From Fistulifera solaris (taxonomy: Eukaryota), in the NCBI GenBank assembly GCA_030295235.1, contig AP026162.1:744001-808000 (forward strand): 64,000 nt of DNA, read 5' to 3'. Position 1 is the stretch's first letter; every line of letters starts with the position of its first letter. Shown one piece after another: positions 47,959 to 57,147 of this stretch. The notes under the pieces were generated by a model, which was given only the letters and a program-made list of their open reading frames with translations, was not told where the DNA came from and did not search any database. Made by a program: the position numbers and the translations under genes.

Positions 47959-49585
47959 ACTTGCTTCGTAACTTTGTCGATCGCTAGTAAATGAACCTAC
48001 CTAGCGGCTTTACTGAAATATTTTAATAATGGCATTAGTTGGCGGTCTAGTTTATTAGTTATGACACAATGCTTCAATGAATTTCGTGACCGTTTTGTTT
48101 GTAGAAGTTAGAATTTCTATTTTCTCGATATGTCGGCTTCAGTGAAAGGGACGATGACAACAAAAGTGGCCTTATTATACAATCTACATGATTGGGTGAT
48201 AATTCAGCCCGCATTTCGTGCAGTGCAACGGACATTCGGCGTGTGCGTACAGAGACGAGTGTTAGCATCGTGACACGTTATTTCCGCATAAAAAACAACA
48301 ACACAAGGAAATGAGGTACAAGTACGCGGAGAACGATTTCGCGCAAAGTAGAAGCAACTACCCCTGCCCTATCGACATTGCCCTATCGACAGCCCCCCTA
48401 ATCTTCGATTGAATCATCTTTAAATCTTGGTTAACAGTTAAGTCTTGCAGTTTTTGATGCACTGCTTATCATTACCAGGTACAACTAACTTTCTATCATC
48501 GAAATCCCTCCAAAAATTCTGATGACCATCATTATCTCGACGACTCACGACAACCAAAGTTTTCAAAAGTGATGCTGCGCACATCGGCACTCATTCACTA
48601 AGGTTTTATGTACATCTGTGACATTTCATTATACTACAGGCTACATAGTAGAATCTAAAATTATACTGTACGACCGCATCAAACTTGGAACTATGATCAC
48701 TCTTGTTCAGTCATGGTTCAATAATATGCGTCTTTTTAACGATACGTATGAGGTATGAGGTACAAGTACAAGTATCACAGTCACAGTAACAAATATCAAG
48801 TACCAAGTACCTTTTCACTTTTCACTTTCACGATTAGAATAAAGGACAAATTTCTTTGACGCCGTAAATGTTTTATGTTCCACGTTCTACGTGCTACATA
48901 AAAGGCTACACATTACACATACTGTTGAGTTTCCGAAATTGCTTCCGAATTCAGGCTGGCTCTGAAACTTTATTGCTGGAATATATGTATACGACAAATT
49001 TGTACTCCTCTCAGAAACGTTGAAACGTTCTCTACTGCAATTGAACCAAATGAAAACACTTGATCTTCGATAAAGAGCTAATTTTTCTAATTCCCACAGT
49101 AAGTTTCCTATGGATTTTACGGGGAATCGTCAACCGGTCGTGTTTAGGCACCATTCGATCGATCTCCGTCCGTTCTCCGTTCAATGTACTCATTTCCGAA
49201 TGACTTCGGATTTCGGATGACCGGTATCCGGTATCTATTAATCATATGGTTTCTCATATATCGCCGTAGCACGTCTCGAGCAGTCAACCGTGAACCCTCA
49301 ATTGTTCTTATTGGTCCAAAGTGAGCGTTTGAAGTGTGTTTGGTACCAATCGTACACAATGTGCGAATGAAATGCCGTTTTGGTTTACGGCATTTCCTCC
49401 CCGCTTCTACAAATTCTACGATACAAACGTGACCCTTTTCGCCGCAAGCTGGCTCCTCAACCAGTCGAAGACGGCATAAAAATCGACGCAAGACCCAGCA
49501 ACAAGCGCAACAGCATCCACTTGCCGCAAAAACTAATCAATTGAATAAACAATACGAGTAGTAATTCAATTAATTAAACACAACA

Positions 49586-50716
49586 ATGGACGACAACAAT
49601 ATCGATTTCTCATCAATGCACGATGGTGACTATGACGAAGAAGTCTACCGTCGCATCGGGGTAGCAGCTCCCAGTTTTGGTGCTACTACATTCGAGCCAT
49701 CCTCTCTGGACCCCGAAGCGCAATCTACACAAGCAAACAAGATTCTTCATCAAGCTTCGCCACCAGAAGCGTTTCGCAATGGAGTGTGGTCAGTGACAGA
49801 TGATCAGATCTCTGAATTGCCTGATTTGTATCAACTAGACCCGAGCGCTGTGTTCATTCCGGATGAGTCTCCCGAACAGATCACCGCGCGAATCAGCGGA
49901 GAGCTCCGTGACCGATCGATTGAAGCTGAATTTGATCAAGAGCACGCGAAGGCTACTTGCACAACCACAGAGGGTGTTGAATTTCGAATCAAGCTGTATC
50001 GTGGCCGAGGAAAGTTCAGTAATGGAACCATCGTAGAGGTTCAACGAAGGTTCGGCACCGCGGCTAACTTTCATGCAGACACATCTGCTATTCTTGACAG
50101 AGCTCGAGGAAAGCAAATTGCGAAAGCGACCTTACGAAGCGCGAAGGACGTTTTGCCTCTTGTAGCGGACCAAGAAGATGACTACCAACCGGACGGATCT
50201 TCTTCACTAAAGATGGTTGCCAAGATGTTGAACCAACCGGGATACGACTCTCATTTCCTGGCCCTGCAAACTCTCTCTTCACTTACGGACGTTCAGAAAA
50301 TGGGAACTACTACGGTAAAGAGCGTTGCAAAGGAGCTGATCAAGGAGAACAATGAAGTGGGAAACAAGATTCTCTCCATGATTCTGAATAGCAAGGGCGA
50401 AGATGAGACATTCAAGCTTCGAACACTAGCCATGACTATTCTTGGCAACACTCTACAAGCCGTGAGCAAAGAAGAGATCTCAGATTCACTACGAGAGCAG
50501 CTTCAACCTGTCCTTCTTCGCGAACTTCGCGCGGCACACAAGAATCAGCGAAATGCCGTTCAAGCTGCGAAATGTGTAGAGTCTCTGCTTACTGTTGAAG
50601 ACAGTAGCTTTGCCGATTACGACGAGGCGTTGAAGATTGCAATGGAGGTCGGCCGATCAAGACACTTGGCTTTGGAGCGACAGGTCGAAAAGTGCTTCAA
50701 GAAGATTCAAGCATAA
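49586..50716 (+). CDS. Hypothetical protein with a KA1-like domain and a helical (ARM-like) C-terminus
   Basis: 376-aa intronless ORF with caacaATG context. VEFRIKLYR...IVEVQRRFG..ANF resembles the kinase-associated-1 fold. No kinase domain. Confidence 0.7.
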   Translation: MDDNNIDFSSMHDGDYDEEVYRRIGVAAPSFGATTFEPSSLDPEAQSTQANKILHQASPPEAFRNGVWSVTDDQISELPDLYQLDPSAVFIPDESPEQITARISGELRDRSIEAEFDQEHAKATCTTTEGVEFRIKLYRGRGKFSNGTIVEVQRRFGTAANFHADTSAILDRARGKQIAKATLRSAKDVLPLVADQEDDYQPDGSSSLKMVAKMLNQPGYDSHFLALQTLSSLTDVQKMGTTTVKSVAKELIKENNEVGNKILSMILNSKGEDETFKLRTLAMTILGNTLQAVSKEEISDSLREQLQPVLLRELRAAHKNQRNAVQAAKCVESLLTVEDSSFADYDEALKIAMEVGRSRHLALERQVEKCFKKIQA

Positions 50717-50875
50717 GCCGGCAGAGCAGAGGCTCATTGTGTTTCATAGTTTCCGTTTGTAGTTTTATACTAAATTGTAAATTACGAACGATATCATTCA
50801 AATTCGACTTGCTAGAGATGCAAATGTAGAGAATTAGAAGCACTCTAAGCTGCGAGTCAGCGTAGACTAGTGTCG

Positions 50876-50924
50876 TCAAGCTACAGGTATTTCGTTCTTG
50901 CACTTCACACAACCGCAATGGAAG

Positions 50925-50955
<31 letters not shown>

Positions 50956-52618
50956 GAAACTTGTCCTTTATAGTATTACTTTCTCTACTATGCTTGTCTA
51001 ACACGAGGATCAGTTGTACGACGTATCTGGTACGCTCAGAAGGGAAACGGTAGATCGCGAAGGAGCACCATTGAGGATAAGGTTAGTAGATAGACAGACC
51101 AGCACCATCTAACCAAAGCGGATGAGAGCTAAGGGGCAAACCACTACGCGGGCTGCGCAACAGCATAGAAACGGAACGGACTAGCATAAAGTTCTCGTTG
51201 CCGTTTGTGTCGTCCAAGCCTTCCCGTAGCTGACTGTGGTCCTGTTCCGATGTAACTGATAGTAATCTCCTCTCCCGATTCTATGGTCTCTTTGGCAACT
51301 AAATCAACATGATTGTCAACAAATTCTTGCGATAAGACCTCCGCATTGGGACAGCATGAATGATTGATACGTGAGATGAGAAGAAACAGCGCAACAATCT
51401 CGGGAGCTACCTTTGCATCAAGTTGGCGATCCATACCTCTCTGTAAAGACGATGCACCGAGGGCTCGCGCAACATGATTTTGAACTTCAAGGTGCTTGGC
51501 TGAGTTATCTCGTCCACCAATCGATCTCAAAAGAGCGGCATAGTAAGAGCGAAAAGGACTCTGTGTCCTTACTCCAAAGCCATTACGCGCAGCGATAGAT
51601 GCGAATCGACCTAAAAGCTCCGACGAAAGTGTTGATTGCTCTACAGCGGAAATTGAAAAGCGTTCGACCAAAGCGTCGTAGAGGCGTTGTAGGTTGTAAG
51701 TCAACCTCCCATCCGCACTGCTTACTACAGGCTGTCCCAACTCAAGCGCTATCAAATCCTCTGCATCTCCGCACATTGTTAGGATTGAATCTTCCATCCA
51801 GAGCTTGGATGCTGCGCGATAATGATGTACGTTGATCACAAACAAACGGGTTGCCAACATGAGAGCCGGCTCCACATCCTCGATCATTTCTACCTCTTCA
51901 TCATTTCTTGAAGAATGAATGTAGTTGCGTATCTCTCGCTGTATAGCAGTAAGCTTGCAACAGTCTCCTATGTGACTTTGAAAACTGTTGTGGCAGCTTG
52001 GAGAGCAAAAGTGACTCTGACATAAGTTGCAATGTCGTCTACCAAACCTGTCTATTTCTATGTTACCTTCAGCTTCTCCACTGGAAAAGTCGAGATTGGA
52101 TATAGGCCAAAGATGAGGAGATGGTAGTTGTTCTGTTTTCGAAACACAGCAAGATTGTATTGGTTCCAGAGAGCGAAAGCAAAATTGGCAAGCTCGAATC
52201 GTGGCCCCAAAAGTTGACTGGCTACGGCTGCACGCTCGGTGAATATGACTTGTCCTCGTTCGATCCGCTCGGTTGCAACCAAAATATTCCCTCGCCCTTC
52301 CGAAGACAGATCCACAATACGCACGGGAGGACGAAGGTTGCCGTACGGAGTACTTTTGTGAGAGTTAAGGAAGGCATCGTGACACGGAAAGGATTTCGAC
52401 GCGAAAAAACCGTGATGAAATATCTTTTGTAGATTCTCCTCTTCTCTTTGTCGATGTTCGTGTAAAACGTTTGTATCCGACACGCTATCCTGTTCGGGTA
52501 AACTTTGATTATCCCAAGCATCGTGTGTGAAATCGGAGGACGTCAGTCCACCCAATAAAAATCGTAAGCCTTCTTCCGTTTCTACCGACGAGCCGGAATA
52601 GTCTTCGTCATGGGTCAT
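50876..52618 (-). CDS. SMYD-type SET+MYND lysine methyltransferase (SMYD5-like); indel ~52207; 3' end interrupted by the insertion at 50928-51180
   Basis: GRGNILVATERIERGQVIFTE, restored MYND CQFC...CNLCQSHFCSPSC, INHSCCPN and GEEITISY. Post-SET LFHCGCVKC...PVA* lies at 50876-50926, beyond the insertion. Confidence 0.88.
50928..51180 (-). mobile_element. Poly(A)-tailed retroposed insertion (5'-truncated LINE 3' end, SINE or processed RNA fragment)
   Basis: About 225 bp of foreign non-coding sequence plus a 28-A tail on the minus strand (T run 50928-50955). It separates RELYA from LFHCGCVKC. No target-site duplication is visible. Confidence 0.8.
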
Positions 52619-53076
52619 TTTAGACTCGATCGAAGGAATGAAAGACGCATTTAGTGGTTACAGTCGGTTCTAAGCCAATGAACAAAGGTCTTTTGATGAC
52701 ATGAAAAGAGTGAAATGAAAATGGCTTCATTTTTTCAATGGTGGGAGACTTTTCCGCGTCGCACTGTCAACTGTGGAACGTCGCACGCACAGTAAGATTT
52801 CTTGTATCTCTCAAATAGTATTGCACCTTTTTATCAACCTTTGAAGTACTTTCAATCGTGAACACGGATCAATCCGAGTGAATCGTGACAACGAGATGTC
52901 CCATCAGCTCTCGTCAGTGTGTTTGCGAAGAGCCGTATGTTTTTTCCACCGCACACCTCCATATTTTGTTGTCATTCAATGCACTATTTATTGTAAATCA
53001 ATCACTTTTCTCATTCACGACAATCGTGTTTCGTATTACTTTCTATCTCTTTTTTATTTATTTGTAAAGAAACAAC

Positions 53077-54249
53077 ATGCCATCACCAAACTTGAATTCG
53101 GAAGACTATTACCAAATTTTAGGAGTTGCGCGAAACGCGGACGATGCCGAACTGAAAAAAGCGTATCGTAAGTTGGCCGTCAAGGTAAGTCATCCATTCA
53201 TGTATTATTCACACATCGTACGCATGTTCAGCAAGTCACTCACTTGATTCTTGTTTCTGTCGCTTTCATCTATAATTATAGTGGCATCCCGACAAAAATC
53301 CCGACAATGAAGAGGCTACTAAAAATTTCCAAAAAATATCCGAAGCCTACGCTACCTTGTCGGACAAAAAGAAACGTGACATGTACGATCGGTACGGAAA
53401 AGAAGGAGCGAATATGGCGGATCAAATGGGAGATGATGCCCCGGGAGGACACTTTCCCGGTGGAGGTTTCCATGGAGGTGGAGGAGGAGGCTTTCCGGGG
53501 GTTCGTTTCACTTTTCCGGTGGGCCGGGTGGTCACATGAGTCAGGAAGATGCCCAAGCCTTCTTTACTTCGTTCTTTGGTCATGATGATCCTTTTGGTGG
53601 ATTCGGTGGAGGCGGATTTGGTGGACCTCGTCGGTCCGTTCGACAGGATCCGTTCGCTACGATGTTTGGCGGAGGTGGAATGCCGGGTGGAATGCACGGA
53701 GGTTTTGGAGGTATGCCCATGGGCGGAGGAATGCCACAAAGACCACGCGTCAAACGATATGATGCGATTCCTAATGGTACCGTTGTTTCACTGAGAGATT
53801 TGGTCAGCAAACCGGAACGAAATGGAGATCGAGGAGAAATTCAGGATTTCGACCCGGCTACTGGCCGTTACACGGTAATACTAGAAGACACGGAGGAAGC
53901 ATTGCGTGTCAAACCGAGTAACTTACTACAGCATGTACACGTCAAACTGAATGGTATTGAGAGTCAACCGGAACTAAATGGTGCGCGAGGGACTGTTATT
54001 GCTTGGAACTCTCACAATGAGCGCTACAACATTTACGTCATGGACAAATCTCGCGTTGTGAGTCTCAAACCGACAAATGTTATTCTAGACAATGGTACAG
54101 TCGGTATGATTGTTGGTCTTGTGTCGAAACCTCATCTGAATGGTAAATACGGTACCATCAAATCCTGGGTACGAGATGCGAACCGATATGAAGTCCAAGT
54201 CTCTGCGGATCAAATCTTACGTTTGAAAGTAGAGAACATCCGCGTGTAA
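53077..54249 (+). CDS. J-domain co-chaperone with a G/F-rich linker and three SH3/KOW-like C-terminal repeats; intron 53185-53281; indel at G run 53497-53501
   Basis: DYYQILGV...[16 protein letters not shown]...[13 protein letters not shown] and a G/F/M-rich region. Three repeats of LxS(K/Q)P(E/H)xNGxxGxIxx(F/W)...RYxV...LKPxN. Confidence 0.92.
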
Positions 54250-54330
54250 TTATTTCCCCATAGCGATATCAAAATTATAGTTTTTAGTTAGCAGTTGTAG
54301 GTTCAATGAATAGTATGATTTACATAAGAA

Positions 54331-56183
54331 CTAGTTTGGGTGACCAGGAAGCGAACCGATCGCGCAAACCTCCCAGTGCGAACATCTCACCCAGCACTTT
54401 CTTCTTAACAGCGTTTGATTGTTGTCGTAATCCAGATCAGGTTCTTCCGCAGCAGTGGCATTGTCGGTCTCGACAATCATACCACTAGTTTCGATGCTCT
54501 TCGCCGGTTGTGGTGTTTGCGTGGTGTCGCCGAGTAGTAGCTTCTCCATTTCTTCAAGCGATAACGCTGCTGGCAACATTGATTTCGTTTCGTCATGACC
54601 AATCGCACTGTCTTGGCTGCTTTCCTGTATCACGGCCTCTTGCTGTAGAACGTATTCCGCACCAAAGTATTTGACACGTTCATCGCTCAGCATATCTCGG
54701 AACAAATTTGCAAGGATATAACTGGACGACGAAGGATCTGTCAACCCTTCATCTTCGCAACGGTCGCATAAGCTATTCAAAGGGAGTTGAAGCGACCGCA
54801 ACGAACGGCAATGAATGGTATCGCCTGGTTTGTAACATTTGAGTTCAGGCCCTAGAACCGGAAACGTTTGCACAAGAGAGTCTTTGGAAAGTAAGCAACG
54901 AACCCACTGTTCTAGCAGCGAAATCTTTGTACCAAGGTCTTCACCACTGCCGCTGCTCTCTTGATCCATTGTTTCCATAGAAAGCAAAGCATCCATCAAG
55001 TGAATCAAAATGGTTGTTAAAAATCCTGGCCATGCTCGGCATGCTGATTGTATCAAAGGCAAGTATCGCTGCTTTAGTAATTCAAAGCTATCGCCCACAC
55101 CTTGATCATACGCTTCCGCAAATAAAACGCCACCGACAATCATTTCATCGAACTCCGGGCCTTTCCAAATCATATAGGAAAGTATTGCGTGTCGCAAAAT
55201 ATCCAGAGCCACATTTGCTTTTACAAGCGCTTGTCCACACGAGGCACACGTCGATTTCCCGGATGCCAGTTGAATGATTTTGACGGCTTTCCGTGGCTCC
55301 TTTTGTATCTTTGCAACGGGTGGCTTTCGTTTTGGTCGTTTCTTCTTTTCTTGAGTTTTCTTGGACGTAGATTGGAGGACAGCGAAACGATTGAACGAAG
55401 TACCCAGCATTGATTGTTGAAAAGGCAATAACAGCGCTTTCAGTTCTGTATCTTCGGACTTTTCTTGTTTCCGATCCGGTGGTCGTTCACTCTTGACAGA
55501 AGGCTCACTTTCGGGTAGTGTCATCGGTTCCTCGGTCTCAAACACAACTTGTAACGCGGCCTTATGATAAGCTTGCAATAACGAATTCGCATCGTTCCAA
55601 TGATCAAGCTTAGCTCTCGCAAGAGGATCCCAGTAGACCTGATGAAAATAGTGCAACAACGATTTTGCGGATAGACGCAACACAGCCAGCGACGGAAGTT
55701 GATTGTGCGTTGATTCGTGTCGAATGCCGACCAACCATGAAGGAATACCGAGTTGCTGACACAAGACAGCGACACTCGCAGCGTTCACTCGCTGTTGCTG
55801 TAACACATCTGCCAGTCCATTGATGGCACGTAAAATAGCACTCGCATAAGCTAGCCTCAATTCCGTCGACGAAATGGTTGCCTGGACGTCGCGCAAAATG
55901 ATCTGAGACAAGGCTGCTGTCGACTCGATCGAGTGTGACATGACAGTCGTTCGTGACTTCCAGACATTCACTTGCTGCAAAGCATCTTCCAATCGTGCGA
56001 TAATTGATGCTCTATGATTCTCAGCTTCAGTGGAAATAATGTGGTCGTCGCTCTGCAACAATTCCGTAGAAAGAAGCAGCGCTTCGCCCATTCGTTCAAA
56101 TTCAAAACGTCCCTCCACGGATTCAACCGTGCATGTCCGCGGAGCCTCTCATTCCGCAGCAGTCCCCGTGCCGCATCCAGCAT
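54331..56183 (-). CDS. LAS1: Las1 pre-rRNA (ITS2 C2-site) HEPN endonuclease; indel at 56104-56107
   Basis: Restored N-terminus MLDAARG...LNPWRDVFEFERMG, HSIESTAAL, LRLAYASAILRAINGLAD and the HEPN motif IRHESTH. C-terminal WEVCAIGSLP. Confidence 0.9.
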
Positions 56184-56287
56184 TCTGACGCCGAAATGGA
56201 ATGTTCGTATGGTGAATGGTTCCCCCGAATGGGTTTGATGGTTGTAAATGAAGGAAAAAAACTGCGAGGGTTTATGCAAGTAAAGTA

Positions 56288-57016
56288 TCCGGGTTCCCCT
56301 CTGACGATAAATTTCCTTACTGGGGCCTACGTGAAACCTACGTAGACATGTAACCAGTTGCATCCTTCATCATCCTTTATTCGTTATTCGTATTGAGTTC
56401 GAATTGATGTCTAATGTCACCAATTGGCACTCGTCATCCATGGTAGAGAAAGTAAAGGTGTTTTTGGGGCAAGATGGACCCGAAAATGGTCGTGGTCAAA
56501 TTTTTCCATTTCCGGGTTCCCCCTCTGTCGATAAATTTCCTTACTGGGGCCTACGTGAAACCTACGTAGACATGTAACCAGTTGCATCCTTCATCATCCT
56601 TTATTCGTTATTCGTATTGAGTTCGAATTGATGTCTAATGTCACCAATTGGCACTCGTTATGCATGGTAGAGAAAGTAAAGGTGTTTTTGGGGCAAGATG
56701 GACCCGAAAATGGTCGTGGTCAAATTTTTCCATTTCCGGGTTCCCCCTCTGTCGATAAATTTCCTTACTGGGGCCTACGTGAAACCTACGTAGACATGTA
56801 ACCAGTTTGCATCCTTCATCATCCTTTATTCGTTATTCGTATTGAGTTCGAATTGATGTCTAATGTCACCAATTGGCACTCGTTATGCATGGTAGAGAAA
56901 GTAAAGGTGTTTTTGGGGCAAGATGGACCCGAAAATGGTCGTGGTCAAATTTTACCATTTCCGGGTTTCCCCTCTGTCGATAAATTTCCTTACTGGGGCC
57001 TACGTGAAACCTACGT
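56288..57016. repeat. Tandem array of about 224-bp units (3 full units plus a 56-bp partial) in the LAS1/E(z) divergent promoter
   Basis: Unit starts (tccgggtt) at 56288, 56511, 56735 and 56960. The copies are nearly identical, with a few substitutions. Confidence 0.97.
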
Positions 57017-57147
57017 GAATATTCGACGCGTTTTGTACGGCTAAACCTTACACCTTACACAAGAAAACTTCGTTGTTGACTGTTATTGACATCGCATGAA
57101 TGAGGATGCAAGTCAATTGATGGATTGATAATTGTGCGCATAAACAA

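Noticed and set aside
48421..49100. Low-GC diatom centromere-like region
   Set aside because: A hand count gives about 37% GC over 48421-48720, only mildly AT-rich and similar to other spacers.
50956..51180. tRNA-derived SINE head
   Set aside because: There is a weak GCCCGCGTAGTGG resemblance but no B-box (GTTCRA), so the element class is left open.
55705..55722. HEPN RxxxxH motif as a defence or toxin nuclease
   Set aside because: The surrounding sequence is canonical Las1, a housekeeping rRNA-processing enzyme.
56288..57016. Tandem 5S, snRNA or spliced-leader gene array
   Set aside because: No recognisable 5S, U-snRNA or tRNA consensus on either strand. An Rfam scan would be decisive.
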